Made by a program: the position numbers and the translations under genes. The notes under the pieces were generated by a model. The model saw nothing but the letters and a program-made list of their open reading frames with translations, was not told where the DNA came from and ran no database searches. From contig NC_043002.1 of NCBI RefSeq assembly GCF_006345805.1, forward strand, positions 101,618,001-101,682,000: a stretch of DNA of 64,000 bases, in the 5' to 3' direction. Below are positions 50,827-64,000 of this stretch, in pieces (positions within the stretch are counted from its first letter, which is position 1; each line of letters begins with the position of its first letter). The DNA is from Octopus sinensis. Taxonomy: Eukaryota.

Positions 50827-52120
50827 CGAGGGGCGTTCAATAAGTAATGCCTCTGACCCACTTACAGTTGTTTGATCTAGCTGAAAATTTACATGTGCAA
50901 TTATTTATATCTCTATAGATTAAGTGGCAAATTACAGCTCTGAACTAATTGTGGTTTCTGAAATACAGGTGTTTGAACTGAGTCAAGTGTGAAATGGAGC
51001 CTGTTGAGTGTCGAGCAGTGATCCGGTTTTTGTATTTGAATGGACGCGCACCACAGGAGACTTTTGATGAAATGAAAGTAACTTATGGTGATGATGCTCC
51101 ATCATATGACCTTGTAAAACGCTGACATCGTGAATTCAAACATGGCTGGAACTCTGCGGAAACAGCTCCCAGATCTGGTCGCCCCCCTTCTGCCATTGAT
51201 GAGGCATCTGTCCATCAAATTGAGGCTGCCATTTTGGAAGATCGACGCATAACTATTCGCCAAATAGCGCATGAGGTCAAGTTTAGTACCGGGTCTGTGG
51301 AAACTATCATTCATGACCATTTGCATATGCAAAAGGTGTCTGCCAGATGGATTCCCAGGTTGCTCACACCTTTCCAGAAGCAAGAACGCGTCGAGTGCTC
51401 GAGGATGAATTTGGAGATGTGCCAAGAAGATGAGTCAAATTTTTTCAAAAGACTGATTACACAGAATGAAACCTGGGTCCATCACTATGATCCAGACACC
51501 AAATCCCAGTCAATGCAGTGGAAGCACCGTGACTCACCTCCTCCAAAGAAGGCAAGGGTGCAGTCCTCCGCTGGCAAGGTCATGCTCACAGTCTTCTGGG
51601 GCCAGGACGGAGTAGTGATGACAGATTTCCTGGCAAAGGGTACCACAATTATGCTTCACTTATTATGCTTCACTTTTGAGAAAATTAAGAGAAGCTATCA
51701 AAATCAAGAGGCGGGGCAAGATCAACAAAGGCATCCTCCTCCTGCAGGACAACGCTCCGGTCTACAACTCGCGTGTCGCCAGATCAGAAGCACAGGCGTA
51801 CAGCTATTAACTCCTCCCCTATCCCCCCTACTCTCCTGACCTTGCACCCTCTGATTTTCACCTCTTCCCAGCCATGGAGTTGTTTTTGAAAGGAAAGCGT
51901 TTCCCAGATGATGCAGCCTTGATTTCTGAAGTCACGTCGTGGTTGGAGGACCAAGCTGGGGTCTTCTACAAAAACGGTCTCCAGAGTTGCATCAAACGAT
52001 GGGAGAAATGTGTAACTCTGAGTGGTTCCTATGTAGAAAAAGACTAATAACTGTGCCAAGTTTCGTTGCTCTACTGCTATGGAAAGTGGGTCAGGGGCAT
52101 TACTTATTGAACGCCCCTCG
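50827..52120 (+). mobile_element. mariner (DD34D) transposon, 1294 bp, 37-bp TIRs, TA TSD
   Basis: CGAGGGGCGTTCAATAAGTAATGC(C/T)CTGACCCACTT at both ends with 1 mismatch; TA at 50825-26 and 52121-22. Confidence 0.95.
50994..52047 (+). pseudogene. mariner transposase pseudogene
   Basis: MEPVECRAVIRFL...WIPRLL...TQNETW (first catalytic D to N)...QDNAP...YSPDLAPSDFHLF; in-frame stops and a frameshift at a short duplication near 51650-51675. Confidence 0.9.
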
Positions 52121-52244
52121 TATCCAACTCTACCTGGTGATTACACGATTCTATCTCGAACCTTATTTTACTATATATACATACATACGTACACACACAC
52201 ATATATATATACCTGCATATATTTATATACATATATATATATAT

Positions 52245-52430
52245 TATTTGTTTCAGTCATTTGACGGTGGCCATGTTGGAGCACCACCTTTAGTCAAACA
52301 AATCGACACCAGGACTTATTCTGTGAAATTCTATTATTCTACCGGTTTTTGGCCGAACCGTTCAGTTACGGGGACGCAACGACTTCAACATCGGTGTCAA
52401 GCAATGGTGCGAAGAAGCACAAAGACACAT
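52245..52430 (-). mobile_element. SINE family A, 3' half
   Basis: TTTGTTTCAGTCATTTGACGGTGGCCATGTTGGAGCACC... Confidence 0.8.
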
Positions 52431-52740
52431 ATACACATACATACACACACACATATATATATATACATACATATACATATATATAAATGTGCACATGTAT
52501 ATCTATACACACACCGCATATAGATATATATATATTATATATATATATAATATATATATATATAATAATAAAATTAGGGAATAAATCCAAATTTACAGGG
52601 AAAAAATCAGATTTAGGATTAAATCCAATTTTATAGTAAAATATTATATAATATTAATTCGAGACAAAACCACCATTTTACAAATCAAACAAGGAAAGAC
52701 TTAATCAATACATAAAAAAATTAATATAAAGTAAATAAAG

Positions 52741-52783
<43 letters not shown>

Positions 52784-52813
52784 AGTAAATAAATAAATAA
52801 ATATATATATATA

Positions 52814-54439
52814 CAGTGGCAGCCAAAATGTTCAGAACGGCATTGTTTTCGTCAGAAAAGTAAATACAACTTTTTATCAAAGTGGTTTTATATTCTATAA
52901 TTTTTACAGACAATAAATACAATATTAATTGTTATTGTCTGAGATTTTGATGTAATTTGAGAGGATAATACAAAGGTTATGGATGATTTATTGATTTACT
53001 ACAAAACCCATGGCGGCCAAATGATCAGAACGGTTGAAAAAGTGACAAAATAATCAAAAATGACAGAGAATACTGGAATTATTTAATATTTAGTGTGAAT
53101 CCCTTTTGCTTCAATCACACTTTGACATCTTCGACTGCAGGAGGAAATTAAATTTTCAAGTTCTTGCTGGTTGATCTTATTCCATTCTTCCTGAAGGGCA
53201 TTCCATAATTGCTCAGTTGTTTTAGGATTTCTAGCTTTCGAAAGTTCTCCTAGAATATTCCATACATTTTCAATAGGATTGAGATCTGGGCTTTGAGCAG
53301 GCCAATCCATAACAATAACCTTTTCAGCCTTGAGGAAGTTCATGACCACCTTAGCCTTGTGACATGGGGCATTGTCCTGCATGAATATGGGTGGTCGCTC
53401 AGTTGAATTTCTCAGCACAGGCAAGACATGATCTTTTACAAGTTGTTTATAAACTCCTGCATTTACCTTTCCATGTAATCGCACGAAAGAGCCCACACCA
53501 TCTCCAGATATAATCCCCCAAACCATGACACTTCCTCCACCGAATTTAACACTAGTTTTAAGGCATTTAGGCGACAATTTTTCACCTACTTTTCTACGAA
53601 TGTACCTTTTCCCATCTGAGCCAAATAACATAAACTTAGATTCATCACTGAAATGCTCCGTTTGACACTTTTGTTGAGACCACAACACATGTTCGGTTGC
53701 AAAAGTAAGACGACACGTTTTATTCTTGGAGCTGATCAGTGGCTTCACTGCAGGTGCTCCTGCTTGTAGGTCATGTTCAACTAAAGGACGAGACACAGTT
53801 TTTCGAGATAAAGTTTTCTTCAATACAATGCTCATTTTCCGAGAAACAGCAGCAGCAGTTTTAAATCTGTCCTTTTTAACCAACTTTACCATAGCACGAT
53901 CTTCTCTCTTGGTCGTTTTTCTTGGCCTACCTGTAAACTTTCTTGCTTCACACGACCCACAATCATCGTAGACCTTAAGAATACCGTGTTACAACACTTT
54001 TTGACTTGTTAACAATCTTTGCAATAGATCCAATACTTAAATTATTCTTCCTTCGAAGCTTAATAATCTGCTGACGAATTGGTAATGGAGTAAGTGGCAT
54101 TATATTAACAAAGTACACTGCAAATATTCTTACTAATGTTTAGTAAACGAACTGTCACGTAAACAAATTCAAAACATTAGAGTTCGCCGGTTAAATATAC
54201 TAAAACACGGAGTAAAAGCAACCGTTCTGATCATTTTGGCCGCTGTGGGTTTTGCAGTAAATCATTAAATCATCCATAACTTTTGTATTATCGCCCCAAA
54301 TTACACCGAAATCTCAGGCAATAACAAAACATATCGCATTTATTGTCTGTGAAAATTATAGAATATAAAACAACTTTGCTAAAAAGTTATATCCACTTTT
54401 CTGACGAAAACAATGCCGTTCTGAACATTTTGGTCGCCA

Positions 54440-54442
<3 letters not shown>
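52814..54442 (-). mobile_element. Tc1 transposon with about 224-bp IR/DR termini, 1629 bp, TA TSD
   Basis: TIRs 52814-53036 and 54219-54442, each with outer and inner copies of GGC-GCCAAAATG-TCAGAACGG; TA at both ends. Confidence 0.95.
53083..54101 (-). pseudogene. Tc1 DD34E transposase; 269-aa C-terminal ORF (53083-53892) open, N-terminus frameshifted
   Basis: FSDESKF, QDNAPCH, WPAQSPDLNPIE (34 residues between D and E); upstream MPLTPIT-RQQIIKLR...GRPRKTT recoverable with two 1-nt frameshifts. Confidence 0.9.
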
Positions 54443-54488
<46 letters not shown>

Positions 54489-55319
54489 ATATGAACACAC
54501 AAACACACCCACCCACACACATAGGCACAAAGACATATGAACCCATATATGCTTATATATATGATGGAATCCCTTCTCTGCATCCAAATAGTGTGTTTCT
54601 GAATAATGAATAAATAATATAAATCGCCATGAATTTTTTCTTCTCACTTTCTTCTTTCTGTATATAAGCATAATAACTCATGGACTGCATTTTAACACGA
54701 AGTGAACAACTACATCGGATAAACGTAGCAAGATTGAGTCGGAAAGAGCAAATTGAATAAACTTCACTGATATTTTGGCAGTTGTGTCGGTTATTTGTTA
54801 GCAGAGAGTAATTGAGATAACATCAAAATAGCCTCAGGTGTTAATGCTATTTCCTATTCTCTGATCGTTGTCTTCGTTACAGCAGTTGCAATACTTGCTG
54901 GCCTTGGAAATTACTAAACATTTTGGCTACTTCCGATGGGTTTCTACTTTGCAAAACTTCAGCAACAAAAGATAAAGCAATGAAGAAAAATACGCAACAA
55001 AACAAGAGAGTCCTTAAGGGAGATATACATTTGGTAACTGTCCATATTTTCGGCACTTTTAGTGGGTTTTTTTCTTTGTGTTTTACAAATATAACGGCGT
55101 TTGTTGGTTTGTTTGAATTGTTTAAATAATGACATTTTACAATGGCGCGAGGTTCGAGATTTCTGAAGAAACACTATTGACTATTAAATCAAAGCCCAGT
55201 GCACTTTCGTTATGCATATCGATCAGTTTATAAATTTGAATGGCAAACTTTTAACAACTTATGATCAGAATTCCTGATCGCTGGACTTGATTGTGTAGTT
55301 CACGAGTTCCAATCGCAAG

Positions 55320-55635
55320 CAGACATGGCTGTGTGGTTTACATGGTCGCTTTGCAAACACAGGGTTTCAGGATATATAGATAGATAGTCATATATGTGTG
55401 TGTGTACATGTGGGCTTGTGCGTATGTGTGCGTGTGTTTGTGCTTGTGTGTATGTGTACGTGTGTTTGTATGTGTGCATCCCCAACACCAACACGTAACA
55501 ACCAGCATTGACTTAATTCCACGTAACGTAGCGGTTCGTGAAAAGATACGATGGGATTCTGCGAATGATTTGTTTCGGCTAAGAGCGGAACCCCAGCATG
55601 ACCGCTGTCCAATGAGTGAAACAAAAGATCAACGT
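55320..55635 (+). mobile_element. Degenerate SINE family A
   Basis: GCAGACATGGCTGTGTGG head; GTAACGTAGCGGTTCGTGAAAAGA...CCCCAGCATGACCGCTGTCCAATGAGTGAAACAAAAG tail. Confidence 0.6.
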
Positions 55636-56065
55636 TTCACTTCGGAATATTTCATACAAATTTGTATTATGTTGAAGAAGTATTTTTGCTACAGGCTCTC
55701 TTTTAATCAATGCTCTCTGATAGATTTCAGTAGATGCAACGTGTACGCAAGGCAGTCATACACAATAAAAAAAGAAGGCGTAGTGTAATGGAAGAGAATT
55801 ACGTTCCCCTTCTTTTCAGTAAAATGTGCCACAACCTCTCACTTTCACTGAATGACCCTAGCGAACCACTTCTCCCTAAAACCCAGTTCTGTTGATGGTT
55901 ATATATGTGTGCATGCTTGTGTGTGTGTGTGTTTATATACGTAAATGTCGAACAAAGAAAATAAGTTCTCAACACCGCATTGGTGGATAGAATTTCTTTA
56001 TTTGTGTATTAAGGCTATCATTACTTTCATGATAAGGGAAATATCTTAATAACTTAACAAGTTTC

Positions 56066-56153
56066 CAGGTTGTTCACATGGAGAAATGGTGTTCGTCTCC
56101 AATTTTGGATGAAAAAATGGAGAGGAACACCATTTCTGCCTGTGATCGGCTTG
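56066..56153 (+). ncRNA. 88-nt hairpin (pre-miRNA-like or small palindromic element)
   Basis: CAGGUUG/CGGCUUG, UCACA/UGUGA, GG/CC, AGAAAUGGUGUUC/GAACACCAUUUCU, UCUCCA/UGGAGA, UUUU/AAAA, loop GGAUGA. The hairpin is certain; its function and strand are not. Confidence 0.45.
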
Positions 56154-56350
56154 AGAAATTGAAAATAAATTAAGATTGTTTTCTTATGAAACCAATGGTA
56201 GCTTTGATGCAGAAATAGACACACATACAAGAGTTCAGTAAAATAAATCGTTAATCATGTTCTATGGACTCGAATGTGTCACTTGAAGCTGCTTCCTTAG
56301 GCAACCGGAACAAGTTGAGGACTCAGTTTGCTTGAATGCTTGTGGATCAA

Positions 56351-56850
56351 TTACTATGTGTTTTCTTGAGTGGCCGGCTTAGCATGCTTTGCTTCATGTC
56401 ACAAAACCACAATGGCAGATAAGGTTTCCATTTGGTGGAGCAATGTTTTACCAGCGTGCCTTCATGCGTTCAGGAAGTTGGCCCCGAGGTTGGCGTCGAC
56501 TTTGCTTAAATCTTTGAACTGAGGAGAAGCTGGACTAGCATCAGCTCCTGCGTTCTGTTGCTTTGTTTTTCAAGGAAGATACGGAAATTTTGCATCGCTT
56601 CAGAATGTCTTTGGGTGTGTCTTTCAATCGCAAGACTGGCCTTTCAAATGACTTTCCTGTTGATAATTGGCCAAAGAGAAGTTGCTTCGGAATTCTGATA
56701 TCACTCATACATGAGACGTGGCCTGACAATCTAAGCTGCATCTTGAATAGCATCGCTTCAATACCTGATATGTTGCATTGTGTTAATACATGATTGTCAT
56801 GAATATGGCCACTCGGATTTATGTTGGAGATCGTACTCAAGCATCGCATA
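56351..56850 (-). mobile_element. RTE-clade LINE C-terminal fragment
   Basis: SGIEAMLFKMQLRLSGHVSCMSDIRIPKQLLFGQLSTGK...RLKDT.KDILKRC; a terminal C2H2-like relic before the stop at 56351. Confidence 0.85.
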
Positions 56851-56868
56851 TGGAAAGCGTCCAGCCTT

Positions 56869-56946
<78 letters not shown>

Positions 56947-57159
56947 ATATCATGCGATCACGTGATAATGTGACTGACCAGACTATCAGATGTTACACAT
57001 CGTTGGCCACAATGCTCTTTAGCATTGTATAATTTATATATATATATATATATATTTAGAGAAGGAGAGGGTAAAAGCGCGAGAGAGAAAGACAGCAAGA
57101 GAGAGAGTATATCATGTTGTTTGGTCAAATGACGTAATGTAATAATGATATATTATATG

Positions 57160-59160
57160 AACAACTTCCCAAGCGTCAAATATCCCGAAGGTCTCATACT
57201 CTCAGGAATGACTCATTGCAAGCAAGCACAGGTGGAGTCCCTGCTGAAACCTCACCAATACCCTATTCATGAAGCAAGCTGTACTCAGACCAACTTGGGC
57301 GAATAACATTCTGGATCTCTGCTTCACGAACAATATGGACATCATTGATGAAGTGAAAGTGAAGCGGACATTAGTTTCGAATCACAACATAATAGAGCAG
57401 TCTATGTTTGGATTGAAAGTAACCAGAGACATACAGCCTAAAGGAAGCACCCGAAATCTCTCCAATCTGAACTTCCACAAAGCAGATTGGAAATCGATCC
57501 AAAAAGAGATCCTCAGAGAGGACTGGCCGAAATGTCTCTCCACACCAGACATTGACATGAAACTAGAATGCTTTATGTCTTCTGTGAAAACCATATGCCA
57601 AAACAAATAGGAACAAGATTCCAAGGGAGATGTGATCCACATGAGTCCGACGGACGAAGGCTGCAAATCGACTCAACCAACATCCCAAAAGTAGCGAAAC
57701 GTCCCGCCTAAAAACAATAATTATGGACATCGAAAAAAGGCTGCAACAATCCTATGTGAGGGAGAAGGCAGAAAAGAAGCCTGGGTTATAAAAAACATTA
57801 AGTCAAACCCCAAAACCTTCTTTCATTATGCGAAAGAAACAGCTTCAATACGCTGCAAGATAGGACTTTGGAACACAGCGATGCAGTTACAATGACATCA
57901 GAGAAGAAGGTATACTACTAGCCATAGTGGAAGTGGACACAAACTCAACTGCTGGTCCAGACAGTTTACCAGCAATCCTCCTCAAGTCGTGTAAGCATGC
58001 CCTGGCAAAACCCCTCCAGATTCTCTTCCAGAGCTTTCTTATAAATGGCAGGCTGCCAAGCAAGCTGAAGGAGGGAATAATATGCCTAATCCATAAAGGG
58101 GGAAGCAGAGTAGATGGCAAAAACTATAGGCCTATCTCGTTGACTTCACACATCAGCAATGTCATGGAACGGATAGTCAGTGGGAACCGAATTGCCTTCC
58201 TTGAAGAAAATAACTTGGTGAATGATAACCAGCATGGCTTTCGACCAGGTAGGAGCTGCCTGACCCAGCTCTTACAACATTATGACTGGGTGTTGAGGCA
58301 GTTACTCAACAAATCAAATGTGGACTAATATACCTTGATTTTGCAAAAGCTTTTGACAAGGTGGATCATGGTATGATATGCCACAAACTGCATGATCTCG
58401 GCATAGCTGGAAAACTTGGAGAGAGTGGTTACATGGCTTTCTGAAAGATAGAAGTCATACAGTAGTGGCTAATGGAACCACCTCTATGAAAACACAAATA
58501 GTGAGCGGTGTTCCACAGGGCACTGTCTTGGCAACCACTGCTTTTTATAGTGGCCCTCTCAGATATGCACTTAAGTTCCTGGATAGTCTCCCTTGCAAGC
58601 TCGGCAGACGATACGAAAGTCTCACAGAAAATACAGAACCCCAGCGATGTTGCACACCTGCAGCAGGAGTGGACTCAATTTACAGTTGGGCTAAGGATAA
58701 TAATATGTAGTTTAATGCTGAAAAATTCCAAGCTCTGAGCTACCAGCGTCCAAAACTGAATATGAAATTTACAGGGTACACTGGTCCACAGGGAATTTCA
58801 ATCACAGAGCCTAAATCAATGAGGGACATGGGTATCGACATGAGTGATGATACCTATTTCTTTACTACTCACAAGAGGTTAAACACAGAGAGGATAAACA
58901 AGGACAGACAAACGGATTAAGTCAATTATATCGACCCCAGTGCTTAACTGGTACTTATTTAATCGACCCCGAAAGGATGAAAGGCAAAGTCGACCTTGGC
59001 GGAATTTGAACCCAGAACGTAACGGCTGACGAAATACCACTAAGCATTTCGCCCGGCGTGCTAACGATTCTGCCAGCTCACTGCCTTTTCTGGCAGCTCA
59101 CTGCCTCTGACATGAGTGATGATACCTCTTTCCAAAAGCATTTTACCAGGATGCCGACAA
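57160..59160 (+). mobile_element. CR1-clade LINE ORF2 relic (APE end plus RT), split by a SINE
   Basis: PTWANNILDLCFTN...SNHNII; AGPDSLPAILLK...NYRPISLTSH...NQHGFRPGRSCLTQLL...YLDFAKAFDKVDH; SGVPQGTVL; SADDTKV. Confidence 0.9.
58856..59108 (-). mobile_element. SINE family B inserted in CR1, 19-bp TSD
   Basis: GACATGAGTGATGATACCT at 58837-58855 and 59109-59127. Confidence 0.92.
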
Positions 59161-59554
59161 AGTGCAAATTATCACTTCTATAGTTCACTACGTGTTGAAA
59201 CCGAGGGAAGAGGCTGACAGAGATTCATAAAATATATAACCTTGGATTGAACAATTTCTGGATTAGTTCAATATCTTTTCCATATTAGTAAGACATACGT
59301 ACTGAAGTAAGTGAAATATTTATACACACCCACGATATAAATGAGATATTTAATCATACCCATGATTTAGCGTCTATTTTCAACCGAAGCATGGTCACTT
59401 CTATGCTCTTACTTACAATTGTGTTTTATACTGTTATAAATCTCTCTATAAGAATTCACTTTAATAGGTCTATATTATATGTTGGCCTCTGATAAAATCG
59501 TTAACGGTTTTATTATTATTATCATCATCATCATCATTATTATTATATATATGT

Positions 59555-59675
59555 ATGTGTTCCTTTCTGTTGAAGAGCGTAGGCTCGAAACGTATAGATT
59601 TTCTCACCTTCCCGAACGACAAACTAAAACACCTGTCTTCGTCTTTTGTTTATCTGAAAATTTCAACTATATATG
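59555..59675 (+). mobile_element. Penelope-like pLTR family A copy with hammerhead motif (59563-59598)
   Basis: CTTT-CTGTTGA-A-GAGC GTAG GCTC-GAA-ACGT-A-TAGA; downstream ACACCTGTCTTCGTCTTTTG shared with 3724-3884. Confidence 0.65.
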
Positions 59676-59978
59676 TATATATAGTTCTATTGCGGCGGTT
59701 ACGTTGCACAACGCCTTGCGATATGTGAAAATCCTTGAAGTAGAAAATGTACTGTACTGTATTTTTTTTTAAAGTTATTTTTATAATTTACATATATTTT
59801 ATTATAAATGCAAAACAGAACCACGGAGGAATCGACGGAAGCTTAAATAATAAACCACGATAGGTGAAGCGCCATATGGCGAGGGAGTGATGTGTATATA
59901 TATATTAACAGATATCAAAATGGACTTTAGGTACGATGTATATATGTTCCTACATAGGCATTGCTATTTGAATATATA

Positions 59979-60019
<41 letters not shown>

Positions 60020-60430
60020 CCGATAAATATGATAGTGTCTTGTTAAGATATTGAATAATGCATCCAGTGCATTCTTCAGAAGAAATATTAACGGGACGCT
60101 AAAATACAAGACCTGTTATACGGAATTTTTTCTTTGAAATATAAGCCTAATTCATATCAACGATAGATTTAATCACTGATAGTGTGCAGCCATTCAACAG
60201 ATTGGGTTGGTACTAATAATTTATGTCTTGTGGATTTATATGTCTATAAACTGAATTCGTAGATTGAAGATATTTAGAATTTTCGCTACTTTGACATTTA
60301 GGGCGGCATTAAATTGTTTCTTTCTGATATTTTAGTCTTTACTTGATAATATACTTCGTGCATTGATGCCATTAAATTCCAGCATTGCAAACCGTGTTCT
60401 GCAGTTTGCATACAGACGCAACCATCGACA

Positions 60431-60472
<42 letters not shown>

Positions 60473-61689
60473 TTACAGACATACACATATGTAATATTCA
60501 TGTGTGCATTTATGTATCAATCTTTATAATGAGTGTATATTTGTGCACTTCATAAGTACATGCAATAAACAACTGCATCCATACAGAAGTGTATTCATAT
60601 TCAAATATACATGCTTCGGTGACGGTTTATAAATTCACAGCGAGACACACATATACAAATATATAAGTCTACGCATGTGTGTGTGTGTGTGAACATGAAT
60701 TAAACTTTTATGTTTAAGATGAATAGCAAATGGCTGCCTAATGAAAATAACGACAATGTCATATCGTAAAAGGTACATTTCGGAATCCGAGATTGCACGC
60801 TATCAAACTAATTGCTTGATAGAGTTCATGCGACCTCGTAGCTCGTAATCTACTTCATATTTTACGATATAGTAATTCATATCAATGGAACTTATAGATA
60901 TGAAAGAAAAAAGAAGATAAATATATTGCAGCGTTATGAATATTAGAAACATTATCTGTACACAGGTTCTCTGTGAAGGTGGCCCTACCGTTTCAAATGT
61001 GCTGTAGGGCTGCTTACCCGGTTTCCATGGTGCATAAATGACCAGGGCTACAACGCCCTCACCAACGACAGCATAATTAAAAAAAAGTAGCTAAGAGAAG
61101 TAACACGAGTGGTAATGATTACGTATAGAGATTGAGGGTTTATAAATTATAAGAATATTAATAGGAATTATTGTGTTTTTATTTTAAAATCTGGTCTCAA
61201 TTGGCATTTGGTAATTACGATACATTTGGTAATTACGATACATTTTCAAGATATACGTTTAATAAATCAAGACTTTATGTTGTGTGATATTTGATATACC
61301 TGTATTTGTAAATGTATCTCATTTACATTTCCGTGAATTAGAGCAACATGAAGAGAAAGGAACTCTTTTGCTCAAGAACATAAACCACTCTTCAGTCCCG
61401 GTATCTAAACCACGATCTCCCGATCGTAAGTGCAACACACGAGACCCTACTTTACCAGCCACCATTCTACCGTTTCATGCAGCACTTGGTACTTAAAAAA
61501 TCAATATAGATATTACAATTCGTACATCGAATATTAGATTTTTTAATTTTTTTATTTGCTACTGGACATTATCTATGCTATATTTTACTGTTTCTATGCC
61601 ATCGACTTCATATATGGATGCGCTGCGACATTCGTTGATTAAAATATGTTCCCCAAATTATTTGATGATACGGCATCTGCAAATGTCTT

Positions 61690-62250
61690 CATTAGTTTTA
61701 AGTAGAAATGCTCAGTATCAGTACTGATGTGGAATTTTGTGATGGTGGCTTCTAGGTTTCGAACTAAACATCATTCACTGTATGACATCTGGCACGGCAT
61801 TTCTCATATATGGATGGATATATATATGTATGTGTGTTTTACAGTGACCAATGCTGGGCACCAGGCATTCGAGGAATATATTCATTGCACTTGTTCAGCC
61901 TCAATCTCAGCATTTACAGCCTGACCATATGGAATATGCTCGAGGTGCAGAATCGCCTCAAAATTCCACGAAATACCATCCTTGTGTGTCAGCATCTTTG
62001 GAAGCTTTACCGGATCGAAGACACTGATATGTCTTATTAGGTTTACGAAAACTAGATCCATTTTCCCAGTTAGAATTCGACGCTGTAAACGGATATTTTG
62101 AAGATATATATGGATGTAAAGAATAAACATCATTTTAGCATATAAACATTTGGCAAATAATTTTGTACAAGTTCATGTACGATCATGGAGATACCAGGTG
62201 CCAAAAATCATCCGTGAGAGAACCCGTGAAAACCTTTTGAGTCGACCACG

Positions 62251-62252
<2 letters not shown>
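61690..62252 (+). mobile_element. Highly decayed Tc1/mariner relic
   Basis: SLNLSIYSLTIWNMLE resembles SPDLNPLDY.IW..LE; ends AACCTTTTGAGTCGACCACG-TA like a mariner TIR. Confidence 0.4.
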
Positions 62253-62282
<30 letters not shown>

Positions 62283-62539
62283 CATATATATACTTAGATA
62301 GTTGTACATACACATGCACATCATTGCTCACGGTGTATATAACCCTTTCAATTTCCATATAGAAACCTTGCTTATGATGTGCGGTTGAGATAGAAGATAA
62401 ACAGAACTTGCCTCCGGAGCCATTACATATGGATAATTTTGATTCAAACGAATGAGTGATACATGTTGCAGTATGAAAGATGGCGAAGAGAAACGCGATA
62501 TAGGCTAGTAAAAGAGAAGATGAATACAAGGAAATAATG

Positions 62540-62583
<44 letters not shown>

Positions 62584-62584
62584 C

Positions 62585-62622
<38 letters not shown>

Positions 62623-62623
62623 A

Positions 62624-62659
<36 letters not shown>

Positions 62660-64000
62660 TGTATTGTGTGTGTGTGTGTGTGTGTGTTGTATGTATGTAT
62701 GTGTGTATGTGTGTATATATGTATGTGTGTATGTATGTATATATGTATGTGTGTATGTATATATGTATGTGTGTATGTATGTATATATGTATGTGTGTAT
62801 GTATGTGTGTATGTATATATATGTATGTGTGTATGTATGTATATATGTATGTGTGTATGTATATATGTATGTGTGTATGTATGTGTGTGTATGTATGTAT
62901 GTATATATGTGAGTATGTATATATGTGTGTATGTATGTATATATGTATGTATATGTGTATGTATATATGTATATATGTATGTATGTGTGTATGTATGTAT
63001 ATATGTATGTATGTGTGTATGTGTATATGTATGTGTGTATGTATGTATATATATATATGCGTATTTGTGTGCGTATATATAAATATAGATATATATATAT
63101 ATATAAAGGAGAAATAGATGTAAGAGAGAGAAAAGTGATAATGGAAAACGTATGGAAGGATAATAATGACAAAGTGAGATTGTAGACTGTCTAGGTGAGA
63201 GAGAGAGAAAGAGAGGGGAGAGAGAGAGAGAGTAAGAGAGAGCGAAAGAGAGGGGAGAGAGAGTCGTGGTATTTTATAGTGAGATGATAATATTAAAAGG
63301 AGTGACATAAGTGTCTGCTCGATGCATGTGTGAGTGTGTGTGTATGTGAATATTTTTATGTATGTGTTTATGGCTGCGTTCATGTGGGAAGGAGACAGTG
63401 TGAGAGAAAGATTAGGTCGAAATGAATATGAAAGAATTAGAGTTAGAGAGAGAGAGAGGAGAGGAGAGAGAGAGAGAGAGAGAGAAGGGCGATAATAAAT
63501 AAACTGGTAAATAAGAGAAAGGAAGAGAGCGAGGGTATGAAACTGTAATAAGGATAGGGAGGTGGAGGAGGAGGAAGAGGAGAGAAATGTGAATGAAGAT
63601 ATTTGGCAAAGAGATGTAAAATATAAAAATAAGTATCAAAGAAAGGGAAAAAATATAAATATATATATATATGTATGTATATATAACATACATACATATA
63701 ATATTATATATATATATATATGATGTATATATACATACATATATATATATGTATATATATATATATAGTATGTATATATCCATACATATATATATGTATA
63801 TATATATGTATATATACATACATATATATATGTATATATATATATATATGCATACATATAAATACATATAATATATATTATATATACATGCATGTATATA
63901 TATATGCATACATATAAATATATATATATATATGCATGCATATATTATCTATATATGCATACATATAAATATATATATATATATACATGCATATTTATAT
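62540..64000. repeat. Large (TA)/(TATG)/(TGTA)/(GA) microsatellite field
   Basis: Read directly from the sequence. Confidence 0.9.

Noticed and set aside
60055-60085. CTGAAGA-ATGCA CTGGA TGCAT on the minus strand
   Set aside because: The hairpin is not followed by GAAA; likely a chance short palindrome.

Overview
Eukaryotic, AT-rich, repeat-saturated DNA. The SINE families and the very dense (TA)n/(TATC)n/(TATG)n/(CA)n microsatellites look to me like an octopod cephalopod (Octopus-like) genome; this is inference and was not database-checked. No host protein-coding gene, rRNA, true tRNA gene or CRISPR array can be supported, and most of the supplied ORF track is microsatellite noise. Recognisable content: four Tc1/mariner elements (mariner DD34D, an IR/DR Tc1 with an intact DD34E core, a maT-like DDxD element, a decayed Tc1) plus one weak relic; non-LTR fragments of the R4/Dong, HERO, RTE and CR1 clades; a Penelope-type GIY-YIG remnant; and about 20 SINE copies of three families. 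The most striking hidden layer is a population of type I hammerhead ribozyme (HHR) motifs from several unrelated repeat families. Two have a complete canonical core and all three stems: one inside a 59-bp foldback whose arm can block it (4019-4110 +), and one inside a 532-nt-period partial tandem repeat resembling a retrozyme or pLTR circle (32672-32747 -). Other candidates are an ORF1-only (HAL1-like) retroposon sharing its 3' tail with a SINE family, a 69-bp foldback insertion, and an 88-nt pre-miRNA-like hairpin. All folds were derived by eye.
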